Made by a program: the position numbers and the translations under genes
In this document: positions 1-7,987 of the stretch, one piece after another
How the letters are laid out: every line of letters starts with the position of its first letter
Numbering within the stretch: position 1 is the stretch's first letter
The notes under the pieces: generated by a model
The model's database searches: none
The model's input: only the letters and a program-made list of their open reading frames with translations
Told to the model about the DNA's origin: nothing
IMG/VR virus record: IMGVR_UViG_3300046740_000705
Location: 1 to 50,938 of that record
Strand: one strand, 5' to 3'
DNA: 50,938 bases
Source: a virus
Lineage: Duplodnaviria; Caudoviricetes

Positions 1-48
1 GCATACGCCCGATATTGATAACCACAACGCATCTTTGGAGCGGAGAAC

Positions 49-294
49 ATGAAAAGCAAAATGACCGGCGACGAATTGCGGGCGGAATTAAAAGCGCTCG
101 ACATGAATCAGTCGGACCTGGCGCGGCGCCTCGGGATGACCTTCGGCGCGGTTAATCGGATGGTAAACAGCCACAACCAGGTTCCCAACTATGTCCCGGC
201 TAGCCTCGAAATGCTCCGGGAAATCAAGGAACTGCGGGCGGTTGTCGCGGCCTTGGCGCGGGCGCCGGACTTGTTAACCCGGCGGGAGGCATGA
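49..294 (+). CDS. XRE/Cro-type HTH DNA-binding protein
   Basis: LRAELKALDMNQSDLARRLGMTFGAVNRM HTH pattern; GGAG SD upstream. Confidence 0.8.
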   Translation: MKSKMTGDELRAELKALDMNQSDLARRLGMTFGAVNRMVNSHNQVPNYVPASLEMLREIKELRAVVAALARAPDLLTRREA

Positions 295-521
295 AGATGA
301 AGAAAATTCCCTACTGCTACCGCTACACGATCAGCGACCCGGTGACCGGGGGCGACGTCGTTGCGCATTACGGCCGGCGCGAAGAGCCGCTAGCCGCCCT
401 GGTCGCGAACCTCAATCGGGCGATCGGCTACGATCGTTTCGTTGGCCGCACCTACCGCGACGACGACGGCCACCTCCACTGCGTCGACATGGTCCCCTGT
501 AGTGGCGTCACCCCCGTGTAG
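291..521 (+). CDS. hypothetical protein
   Basis: ATGA overlap with upstream gene, GGAGG SD. Confidence 0.6.
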   Translation: MKMKKIPYCYRYTISDPVTGGDVVAHYGRREEPLAALVANLNRAIGYDRFVGRTYRDDDGHLHCVDMVPCSGVTPV

Positions 522-561
522 TGGTGGCGGCCACCCGGCCGTCGAAATAGGAGCACGAGAC

Positions 562-831
562 ATGTTCGAGTTTATGGGGGTCGAGCACCCCACCCTGCCG
601 GCGATGCTAGACGCGATCGCCCGCGAGTGGCTCGCTGGTAATGACCAGCGCAGGATCAGCGACAGCGACGACCCCGAAGCGCTCGCCGCGGAGTGCATGC
701 GGGAGTGGAACCTCGACGACCGCGGCGACTTCGACGACCCGGACCAGCCGACGCACATGGACGCGCACGGCTATGACGTCCCCGACCTGGCCGCGGCCTT
801 TGCGCGGTTGCGGCCGCTGCGGCTGGTGTAG
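562..831 (+). CDS. hypothetical protein (MFEFMGVEHP...)
   Basis: AGGAG SD at 549-553, ATG at 562; acidic protein-like composition. Confidence 0.65.
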   Translation: MFEFMGVEHPTLPAMLDAIAREWLAGNDQRRISDSDDPEALAAECMREWNLDDRGDFDDPDQPTHMDAHGYDVPDLAAAFARLRPLRLV

Positions 832-874
832 TGGTGACAGCCCCTTGTAGCGGTGTGAAACAGGAGAACCTTTG

Positions 875-1174
875 ATGAAGAAATTGCTTTTCCTCGGCGG
901 CTTGGTTTTGGTCGCGCTGATATTGGGCAACCAACAGGGAGGATTGCTTCAGACGCCTGCGCCAAGTCCGCCGCAGGAGTGCCAACCTAAGGAATACGAA
1001 GTCCGCAATATGATGCAGACCTTGCGGACCCAGGGTTACTCGGGGCAAGAGCTAATCGACCTGACGGCGTCGCTATCAAAAGTCCCGTGCGACCTCGTGC
1101 GGGAGTCCCAACGACGCGCCAACCAGCCAAAGCAGCCACTGCCGCCAGAGCTGCAGGCCTTGATTAAGAAGTGA
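875..1174 (+). CDS. signal-peptide/membrane-anchored hypothetical protein
   Basis: MKKLLFLGGLVLVALILG hydrophobic N-terminus; AGGAG SD; lower GC. Confidence 0.7.
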   Translation: MKKLLFLGGLVLVALILGNQQGGLLQTPAPSPPQECQPKEYEVRNMMQTLRTQGYSGQELIDLTASLSKVPCDLVRESQRRANQPKQPLPPELQALIKK

Positions 1175-1628
1175 CCTCTTGTAGTGGTGACCCGTCACCC
1201 TCTGTAGTGGTGACGTCGGCCGGGATAAACGCCCCGGCCGTCGGCCGCAGCTGCAGGGTGCCGGGCACCGGCCAAGCGGCCGGCGGCTGGTCATAGCCCG
1301 GCGGCTTCTTGGCATAGAAGGACACGCCGCGCAGGGTGCCCTGCTCTTGCTTCCGCGGCGGGTCGGCCAGGTTGGGCGGCGGCAATGTGCCGGCGGCCTT
1401 GTGGCGCTGGTAGAGCGCCAGCAGCTGATCCAGATGCCTGGTGTGCCATTCGTTGCCCTCGGGCATGCGGTCGAGCCGTAGGGTATAGGCGAGCGCCGGC
1501 TGTTCGATCGGCTTCTTCTTGTCGTCGACCGGCAATTTCCGCGTCAGCCGTTCGGGCAGGAAATCGAAATACAGCGCCGGGAATTCGTCGCCGTGATGCC
1601 GCTGCATCACAAACCAAACCGCTGCCAT
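1164..1628 (-). CDS. hypothetical protein
   Basis: ATG at 1628 coupled to upstream stop (TGATG), GGAGG SD. Confidence 0.6.
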   Translation of the reverse strand: MAAVWFVMQRHHGDEFPALYFDFLPERLTRKLPVDDKKKPIEQPALAYTLRLDRMPEGNEWHTRHLDQLLALYQRHKAAGTLPPPNLADPPRKQEQGTLRGVSFYAKKPPGYDQPPAAWPVPGTLQLRPTAGAFIPADVTTTEGDGSPLQEVTS

Positions 1629-2050
1629 CAGACCTCCCGAAAGAAATCGCTCGGGCCGCAGGACCGAACCGGCTCGACACGGACAAAGGCGACATCGGCC
1701 AACGCCACCATAAAGGTCGTCACCGAGAAGGCGTTCTCGACTATCGGCACGACGTCGACCATCGATAGCGTCAGGACGGTGGGGCTTGCCGAAGCAGCCT
1801 GTTCCGGTCCCACTGACTGCGCGTTCCATTGCTCACGCAATCGCCTGATCTCGTCAGGGGTCAGAGCATCCCTGGTGGTGATGACCGGGAGCCGCACCGG
1901 CTGGAGCGTCAGCCGGTAGAACAACCGGATGACCGCGTGCGAGCAATCGTTGAACCCAACGGCGCGGACGGCCACGCTGGCGTGCTTTGGATTGTCGGAC
2001 TCGGCGAAGAGCATCGCCTCGATGCCGTCGCGGGTTTCCGTCCGGTTCAC
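1628..2050 (-). CDS. hypothetical protein
   Basis: GTG start overlapping upstream stop, in a tightly coupled operon. Confidence 0.5.
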   Translation of the reverse strand: MNRTETRDGIEAMLFAESDNPKHASVAVRAVGFNDCSHAVIRLFYRLTLQPVRLPVITTRDALTPDEIRRLREQWNAQSVGPEQAASASPTVLTLSMVDVVPIVENAFSVTTFMVALADVAFVRVEPVRSCGPSDFFREV

Positions 2051-2316
2051 CGGCCCTCTCCTGCAGTGGCGATAAACTCCTCGTCGCCATAAGCTATCGC
2101 GATCTGACACGGCGCCTGCAATTCCTCTTTGAGGCGTCGCCCATCCTTCGGTCCGGGCCCCTTATAGGTGAGGACCACCCGCCAACGCTCGCTCAACAGC
2201 GTGATCATGCGGTGGACGGGCGCGCCACAATTGCACCGTGCTTTGATAAAACCCGTCGCCGGCAGCTCTTGCGGGGGTTCGCCGGGGACGAGGACGATCA
2301 CGCGGCCTTCCATCAT
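2047..2316 (-). CDS. hypothetical protein
   Basis: ATGA coupling with neighbours. Confidence 0.55.
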   Translation of the reverse strand: MMEGRVIVLVPGEPPQELPATGFIKARCNCGAPVHRMITLLSERWRVVLTYKGPGPKDGRRLKEELQAPCQIAIAYGDEEFIATAGEGR

Positions 2317-2936
2317 GCTCGCCCCGACATTTCCGGTTGCCCCTGGAACCGCGCGATCATCTCCTTAAACAGGACGACAATGTCTTCGCGATCAGGTCCG
2401 TTGCTGATGTACCGGCAGCGCCCCTCGGCGAGGAATTCCGTCACCAGCAGGACCAAGGCGTACTTGCGACCAGGGCCACCGATCTGGTCGTTGAACATCT
2501 CGTCGAGGGCGGCTTCTGCCGCCACCATCTTGCGGAGCAATTCCTCCTCGGCGTCCTCTGGCTCGTTCGCCACCGCCGCCCGTTCGCGCTCAGCCATTTG
2601 CGCCGCTGCCGCCACAACCGAACCGGGCCGGCGTTTTTCGACCTCATCGTCGAAGGTCTTGCTGAACTCGTCGATCTCCCGCTGGATCGCGGCCATCATC
2701 GCCATGTCGGCAGCGGTGGGCTCATCTCCTTCAGAGACACCCTGGGTTATGACGTTGAAGATGGTAGTGGCCCCGCCGTAGAACGCCAGCCGCGTCTCGC
2801 GACGTTGGATTTCCGGCGCATCGGGCGGCAGCTCCATCCGATCGTAGGACCGCCACGCGGCGGCGATGCTGGGTGTCCCGTGCGGGACTGCCCCGCCGGG
2901 GCGGCCACCGGTATGAGGGCGGCGGCTGCGTTTCAT
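2313..2936 (-). CDS. hypothetical phage protein (QRRETRLAFYGGA motif)
   Basis: Coupled ORF with helical composition; motif type common in phage early proteins. Confidence 0.65.
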   Translation of the reverse strand: MKRSRRPHTGGRPGGAVPHGTPSIAAAWRSYDRMELPPDAPEIQRRETRLAFYGGATTIFNVITQGVSEGDEPTAADMAMMAAIQREIDEFSKTFDDEVEKRRPGSVVAAAAQMAERERAAVANEPEDAEEELLRKMVAAEAALDEMFNDQIGGPGRKYALVLLVTEFLAEGRCRYISNGPDREDIVVLFKEMIARFQGQPEMSGRA

Positions 2937-3064
2937 GGCCAGATCATAATGGTGATCTGCAGCCGGCGGTATTTGACCCACCAGCTGCGAGCGCGACAAA
3001 AGCCCCACGACAGCTTGCCCAGGTGGCGGGGCGGGTTGAGTAGCCGGGCTTCGCCTTTGCTCAT
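2933..3064 (-). CDS. small hypothetical protein (43 aa)
   Basis: Fills the gap exactly, overlapping start/stop at both ends (read manually). Confidence 0.35.
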   Translation of the reverse strand: MSKGEARLLNPPRHLGKLSWGFCRARSWWVKYRRLQITIMIWP

Positions 3065-3321
3065 CAGTGCTTCGCCCGACCGCGGCGGACCTCGTCGACT
3101 GTCGGCGTTGGCCCGACAATCGTCCTCCCGTGCTGATCAATATCGATCCCGACTTCGCTCAGCATCGCAATCAGATTGCTGACCGCCAGGCCTCGCTGCT
3201 CTTGGTCGAGCAAAAGCAGCATGCCGCAAAACGAACTGACCAACACCCCGGCCGAGTCCCAGGGATCGAGGCCTTCATCCTGCAGGTACTGCAGCAGGCT
3301 CACGTAGGTCCCGCGGCTCAT
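3064..3321 (-). CDS. hypothetical protein
   Basis: Coupled ORF. Confidence 0.55.
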   Translation of the reverse strand: MSRGTYVSLLQYLQDEGLDPWDSAGVLVSSFCGMLLLLDQEQRGLAVSNLIAMLSEVGIDIDQHGRTIVGPTPTVDEVRRGRAKH

Positions 3322-3911
3322 GACGGCCGGTTCCGCGAGCGCCAGTAGCGTTCGGCGAAATTCATCCTCATCTGGTTTTCTGGGGTCGGCGGGGTCGGCG
3401 GGCCCATCTGCAGTTCGCCATCCTGCCGCAGCAGTAGCCGCGACAAGGCCTGCCCGCTTTTGTCGGGCGCCATATCCCAGATCACGCCCATGCCGCCATC
3501 GATAATAGCGAGCACCAACGCCAGCACCGGCTGGCGGTTAAAATCCTCCTCGTGACCGGGCAATACCCACAGCCGCGTCACTGACAGTTCCTTGCCGTTG
3601 ACCCAGACCAGATCCTCCATCGGGTCGACGATAACACCGCAGCGGTCGGGCTTGAGATCAGCCTCCCAGTTGGCGACCAGCCAACCGCAACTCCACACCC
3701 GACACGAGGTGGGCCGCCGGGAATAAATCGAACAGCCGATATGGACCGATGGTAGGGCGTGTAGGTGCGGGCAACGCGTCCAGGCCTTCAGCCCGATCTC
3801 TTTCACCGGCACAGACGTGCAGCAGGCGGTGCAGCTGCCGCAGGTCTTGCCGGGGTGGGGGCGCAAATTATCCATGAGGTCGGCGACCTGGGCGAGGCGG
3901 ACGTCGTTCAC
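3318..3911 (-). CDS. CxxCxxCC (YkgJ-like) Fe-S/Zn cluster protein
   Basis: CGSCTACC...C..L...GCSIY..RP.SCR.W.CGWL motif. Confidence 0.75.
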   Translation of the reverse strand: MNDVRLAQVADLMDNLRPHPGKTCGSCTACCTSVPVKEIGLKAWTRCPHLHALPSVHIGCSIYSRRPTSCRVWSCGWLVANWEADLKPDRCGVIVDPMEDLVWVNGKELSVTRLWVLPGHEEDFNRQPVLALVLAIIDGGMGVIWDMAPDKSGQALSRLLLRQDGELQMGPPTPPTPENQMRMNFAERYWRSRNRPS

Positions 3912-4345
3912 GGGACACAGGCCTCGTCTAATTTTCGAACTAAATCCGCGAGCGCATTGCGGATGCGGACAACGCAATGGTTGTCCTCGCGGTCGATGTG
4001 GATTTTATCATCGGAACCGGTGCTGAGATCGATCGTCTGGTCAATAAGCTCGACCAATGAAAAGCTCCAGGCCGGTTCCTCGTCCTCGTCCTTACCCAGC
4101 GGCAATCGGACATAAATCGTCAGCGGGTCAGCGGGCGCCTTGCCGCGGATTCCGTCATGGTAGTCCCACTCGTGCGGCAACCACGCGTGAAGGTGGTGTT
4201 CGGTGGCAATCTGCACCACCTCGGCCAGCGCAGTGTCGGCCATTCCTTCGACGATGTCGCGCAGCGCTTCCTTTACCGGCAGCGCCCAGGTCGAAAAATC
4301 GATCGGCGGGCTGTGCGCGACCCGCGTCATCTTTGCTGATGCCAT
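3908..4345 (-). CDS. hypothetical protein
   Basis: GGAGG SD; coupled to next gene. Confidence 0.65.
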   Translation of the reverse strand: MASAKMTRVAHSPPIDFSTWALPVKEALRDIVEGMADTALAEVVQIATEHHLHAWLPHEWDYHDGIRGKAPADPLTIYVRLPLGKDEDEEPAWSFSLVELIDQTIDLSTGSDDKIHIDREDNHCVVRIRNALADLVRKLDEACVP

Positions 4346-4357
4346 AGCGGCCTCCGT

Positions 4358-4648
4358 TTACAGCGGGTCCATGCCGGCGTCGGTCGCCTCGTCGATCCAT
4401 GCCTGTATCGCCGCGAACGATGTCAAATAGTCGACCCGCCGCCGTAAATTGGTCAGCCAAGCGCGCTCATCCGGCGAAGCGTGGGGGTTCAGATCCCACA
4501 CCGGGGCCTCGATCCATTGTCGCAGGTAGGCGCGCATCGCCGCGATCTGTTCCGGTGACATGCTGCCGGCGAGGTAAGCCTCGACCGCCGGCCGCAGCAC
4601 GCCGGTCGTCTCATAAAGCCAATATCGAGGTTCGGTGCCGTAGGTCAC
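4358..4648 (-). CDS. hypothetical protein (MTYGTEPRYWLYE...)
   Basis: ORF track; protein-like composition. Confidence 0.65.
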   Translation of the reverse strand: MTYGTEPRYWLYETTGVLRPAVEAYLAGSMSPEQIAAMRAYLRQWIEAPVWDLNPHASPDERAWLTNLRRRVDYLTSFAAIQAWIDEATDAGMDPL

Positions 4649-4657
4649 CGGAGTCGG

Positions 4658-4807
4658 CTAGTCTTTTGGCGGCACAAACGGTTCTAGCGCGTGCTTTGTG
4701 TTCGCCGCGTTCAGGGCTGCTTGGGAAAATCTCAGGGCATCCTCTGATTTTTCGGCAGAGGCGGCCTTCTCGATCATCTTGGTTACTTGCTCTTTCAGGT
4801 CACTCAT
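4658..4807 (-). CDS. small helical hypothetical protein (MSDLKEQVTKMIEKAASAEKSEDALRFSQAALNAAN..., 49 aa)
   Basis: Read manually; GGAG SD upstream; not in ORF track. Confidence 0.55.
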   Translation of the reverse strand: MSDLKEQVTKMIEKAASAEKSEDALRFSQAALNAANTKHALEPFVPPKD

Positions 4808-4919
4808 CGGGTTCTAGCTCCGAATTAAGGTTGGCGCTTAGGCTTTTAGGCGGCGCGCCAACGTTCCACCGCCCGTCGTTCTCATAAAGCCAATAATGGG
4901 GCTCGGTGCCGTAGGTCAT
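4800..4919 (-). pseudogene. Truncated, frameshifted duplicate of the 5' end of gene 4358-4648
   Basis: MTYGTEPHYWLYE vs MTYGTEPRYWLYE; DNA similarity continues after a 1-nt insertion. Confidence 0.55.
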
Positions 4920-5242
4920 TGCGTCGGCTTTGGGTTGCGGATGTGGTTGGGATCGAGGAGGCGGGCGGCCTCGGGATCGTGCCACCAGCCCGGCATCGTC
5001 TGGCACATCGCGCAGACCGTCATCATCGGCCCGGCGATGACGATGATGTGGCGGCCGCATTCGGCGCAATCGAATTCCCGCACCGAATTAAGATCTTCGC
5101 CCATCGCCATGAACTCATGGAAAATATGGCAGCGTGGGCAATACCTCTGGCGCACGTCTTCGCCATGGTGGCTGGTCATGCCGCAGCGGCGACAGGTGAT
5201 CGACCGGCCATCGGCGCTAATGACGTAGGTGCGGCCGTTCAT
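4916..5242 (-). CDS. double zinc-ribbon protein
   Basis: CRRC...YCPRCH and CAEC...CAMC motifs. Confidence 0.65.
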   Translation of the reverse strand: MNGRTYVISADGRSITCRRCGMTSHHGEDVRQRYCPRCHIFHEFMAMGEDLNSVREFDCAECGRHIIVIAGPMMTVCAMCQTMPGWWHDPEAARLLDPNHIRNPKPTQ

Positions 5243-5436
5243 GCAGCGCTGCCCCGCGGCGCCAGCGACAGCAGCGTCTCCAGCACCGCCGACATCAGCG
5301 CGATCTCGCGATCGGCGGTCTGCTGCGACATCCGCCCGGCGCTCACTTGCCGCGGGTAGACCCGCCGGCGCATGCGGATTTCGCGATCGACGCAGGCGAT
5401 CTGATCGTCGAGGGTGGCGGGGAAGAGCCCGGTCAA
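5239..5436 (-). CDS. conserved-type small phage protein (REIxMRRRVYPR)
   Basis: Motif recognised from phage early genes; coupled ORF. Confidence 0.7.
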   Translation of the reverse strand: MTGLFPATLDDQIACVDREIRMRRRVYPRQVSAGRMSQQTADREIALMSAVLETLLSLAPRGSAA

Positions 5437-5684
5437 TGGACCTGCTCCGCCGTGCTCGTAAGCGTCGCCATGGTTTCAGCGGGAGAAAACCGCACCAGCT
5501 TGACCAGTGCATTTCTCATATCCGCCCACCGTTGCGCCGTCCGTCGGTAGCTTTCAGCCCCGTGTCGGTCGGTAAAGAGTAGCGGCTGGCTGCCATGCAC
5601 TGGGTGGTCGAAACCGACGATGTGCTCGCGGCCGTCGGGGTCGACCCAGACCCAGGCCCACAGTTCGGTGATTTGGGACGGCAT
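5433..5684 (-). CDS. hypothetical protein
   Basis: TGATG coupling at 5684. Confidence 0.6.
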   Translation of the reverse strand: MPSQITELWAWVWVDPDGREHIVGFDHPVHGSQPLLFTDRHGAESYRRTAQRWADMRNALVKLVRFSPAETMATLTSTAEQVH

Positions 5685-5896
5685 CAGGGGGCCACCTTTA
5701 TGGTGGCGATCGGCTTCTCGCAGACGTAGCAAACCACCTCGATGGCGCCCGTGGCCTTGACATAGCGCACCTCAAGCCCCCGTGCGCTATGGCAGCCGGC
5801 ATTCAGGTGGAGGACGGAGTGGTCGTGGCCGCAATTCGCGGTGCCGCAGCCGGCCTGGTCGAGTTGTTGGCGGGTCAGCAGCGCTGGCATAAACAT
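5684..5896 (-). CDS. small Cys/His zinc-binding protein
   Basis: C...CGH...CH...CYVC; GGAGG SD. Confidence 0.65.
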   Translation of the reverse strand: MFMPALLTRQQLDQAGCGTANCGHDHSVLHLNAGCHSARGLEVRYVKATGAIEVVCYVCEKPIATIKVAP

Positions 5897-5979
5897 AATC
5901 GAGCCTCCAAGCTAGGCGCGGCGGCAGGCCCGGTGGTGACGGGCTTGTCGGGCTGCAGACCCTAGCCGCCGCGGGTTGC

Positions 5980-6010
5980 ATCCTACCGCGCGGTTTGCGT
6001 TAGCCGCAAA
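5980..6010 (-). promoter_or_regulatory. Leftward sigma70-like promoter (TTGCGG-N18-TAGGAT) overlapped by a TTTGC-N7-GCAAA operator
   Basis: Operator TTTGCGTTAGCCGCAAA at 5994-6010; -10 at 5980-5985. Confidence 0.55.
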
Positions 6011-6082
6011 CGGAGTTGCCTGGGGCGGCAAATTTTTTTGCCCCGTCCAGACAGACTCCTCGCCATCGCGCGCGCGTATACA

Positions 6083-6563
6083 CAGTCCTGCAACGGTGGG
6101 ACTGCATTACCGCCGGTGCAGGCAGCGTTCTCACAACCGTCATGGCCCCGAAAGCATCGCACTGTCCCTCCTGACGCTGCCATGGCGGTGCGGCGGGCTT
6201 GACGGCCCGCCCGCCCACAGTGCCGAAGCCCTGACCTTGGAGGCTACAGGCGGCTGCAAGAAAGTACTCGTTGCCGGACTTCGCCGGCCTCGCCCTGGTA
6301 GAGTGCGCTCCGCCCTCGCGCACGACCGACCATGCCGCCAACCGCTAAGTCGCTGGCAACATTGATCGGACCCCGGCGGGACTGTTCACCCGCTCCGCCT
6401 GTTCCGCGAGCGACTGGCGAAGCCAGTGGGGCCGCGGTGGCTTGGACTATTTTCCGGGCGGTTTCGCGGTGTCGTCCCCTACTACCGGCCGGGTCGGGAT
6501 ATGCTCTGCGCTATGTGGCCGTGACGCGTCGGTGCCTTGCTGGCACCGTGGGCGGCACGGGTC
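6083..6563 (+). ncRNA. Candidate large structured non-coding RNA (or structured replication origin)
   Basis: Largest non-coding gap in the genome; many nested stems, G-U pairs favouring the + strand, one pseudoknot; TATACA at 6077-6082. Confidence 0.45.
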
Positions 6564-6566
6564 GCT

Positions 6567-7757
6567 CTATTTCACCTCGCCCGTTTTCGGTTGCATCAGG
6601 TCGAGCCACGGCTGCTCGCCCTCATAATAAAATTCCTTGGCCGGCCGCAGCATGCACTTGCCGCCGACCGACACCCGCACGACCCGGCCGCCGGCGATTA
6701 ATTCGGCCTGGGCGGCATAGAGGTCGTTGAGCGCAATTTTGTTGAGCATCGGGTCGGCGCTGCGCCGGGCCCGGTTCGGCATTGAGGCGGTGAGCATTTC
6801 ATCCGCCGGCACATTGGCACCATTGGCGCGCACGTTGCGCAGCCCTTGCAGCAGGCGGTACTCGAGGTCGGTGCGCTCGATATGCGTCAACGGCCCACGC
6901 TTTTTGGGAGCACTCGCAGCGTCATCGTCGACGATAAAGGCGCCGTGGTCGTAGCGCAGACGCTCGTTCTGGATGGCCGGCGAATAATTCGACTTCAAGC
7001 CGCGCAGGACGCGTTCGAAAGCGGGCTGGCCGGTTTCCTCGTCGTAATTTTTTGGTCTGCCGAGCGAGACACCCATCCGGCAGGACGCGAGCCAAGCACT
7101 CGACCCGGAATAACTGTTGGTGTTCCCGCGCGACGGGTGCGCGTTCAAGATGACGATGCAATTATTCATCACCGCCTGCGCCGTCAGGGCGCGCATGTAC
7201 GGGGTGACGTGGTTCCTAAAATTCTCGTTGCCGGCGAAGGTGACCGCCGCCGTGTCGATGCCGAGGACGCGAATTTCGTCGTCGCGCACTAATTCCCATA
7301 ATTGATACCAGAAGGGTGTGGGGGCGCCGATCTCGGTGCGGTTATCGACCTCCCACAAGGTGCTGTCGCTGGCCTCGCGGTCCTGCCAGGTGAACTCCAG
7401 TTCGAGGCTGGAGGGGTGGACCTCGTAGTGCTCGCAGAGCTGGATCTGGCGGCGGATTAATTGGTGGCGCGAGTCCTCGCAGAACAACGCGTGGCAACGC
7501 GCCTGGACGACGGCCTTACCGAGCCAAGGCTGGCCGAGCGCGATCGCGGTCATCAATTGTTGCAGCAGGAGCGACTTGCCGATGCCGGGTATGCCAGTCA
7601 GCAGGCAGACGGTGCCGGGCAACAGGAGCCCATCCACGGTCCACCTGGGCGCCGGCGGCGGGCCGTCGATCGTCGCTGGATAAAATACCTGGATCGGTTC
7701 CGGCTCGGCGCTGGTGAAGCCGCGTTGCGGGTATAGCGGAGTGACGTCGCCCTTCAT
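6567..7757 (-). CDS. AAA_25 / RepA-type SF4-like replicative helicase
   Basis: Walker A GIPGIGKS, CED, Walker B VLGIDT, ILNAHP, YSGSSAW, KSNY; start at ATG coupled to upstream gene. Confidence 0.88.
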   Translation of the reverse strand: MKGDVTPLYPQRGFTSAEPEPIQVFYPATIDGPPPAPRWTVDGLLLPGTVCLLTGIPGIGKSLLLQQLMTAIALGQPWLGKAVVQARCHALFCEDSRHQLIRRQIQLCEHYEVHPSSLELEFTWQDREASDSTLWEVDNRTEIGAPTPFWYQLWELVRDDEIRVLGIDTAAVTFAGNENFRNHVTPYMRALTAQAVMNNCIVILNAHPSRGNTNSYSGSSAWLASCRMGVSLGRPKNYDEETGQPAFERVLRGLKSNYSPAIQNERLRYDHGAFIVDDDAASAPKKRGPLTHIERTDLEYRLLQGLRNVRANGANVPADEMLTASMPNRARRSADPMLNKIALNDLYAAQAELIAGGRVVRVSVGGKCMLRPAKEFYYEGEQPWLDLMQPKTGEVK

Positions 7758-7987
7758 GCCGACTGCTCCCGCCGGATTTGGCGCAGCTTGAGGGCGAGTT
7801 GCCACTCGCCGCGGCGCTCGACCAGGTCATGCAGGCAGGCGGCCTCGATCCTGCGGCAATCGGCATCGGACAGGCCGAAATCCCCGCCGAATAAATACCA
7901 TTTGATTTCGTAGACGCGGCCGCTCGGTTCCGCGTAGGCCACCTCGAGGCGGCGCCGGTCGTCCAAGGTGACGGTGAGCCGCCGCAT
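7754..7987 (-). CDS. hypothetical protein
   Basis: Coupled between primase and helicase. Confidence 0.55.
   Translation of the reverse strand: MRRLTVTLDDRRRLEVAYAEPSGRVYEIKWYLFGGDFGLSDADCRRIEAACLHDLVERRGEWQLALKLRQIRREQSA

Larger units (their letters stand above)
498..1214 (+). repeat. Three pairs of TGTAG(T/C)GG(T/C)G direct repeats at gene junctions
   Basis: Copies start at 498, 517, 827, 846, 1180, 1203; TGTAGTGGTGAC exact at 827, 1180, 1203. Confidence 0.85.

Noticed and set aside
152-166. CtrA-box-like TTAA-N7-GTAA
   Set aside because: Single imperfect match inside a coding region; not distinguishable from chance
498-1214. CRISPR array interpretation of the TGTAGTGGTG repeats
   Set aside because: Repeats are only 10-12 bp, spacing alternates ~20 and ~310-335 bp, and no cas genes are present
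4601-4919. Diversity-generating retroelement TR/VR pair
   Set aside because: Mismatches are not adenine-specific, the repeat is short and N-terminal, and no reverse transcriptase is present
5976-6730. ORFs called across the 5.9-6.6 kb gap
   Set aside because: Arg/Pro/Ala-rich, no SD, no motifs and no coupling to neighbours; typical GC-rich spurious frames
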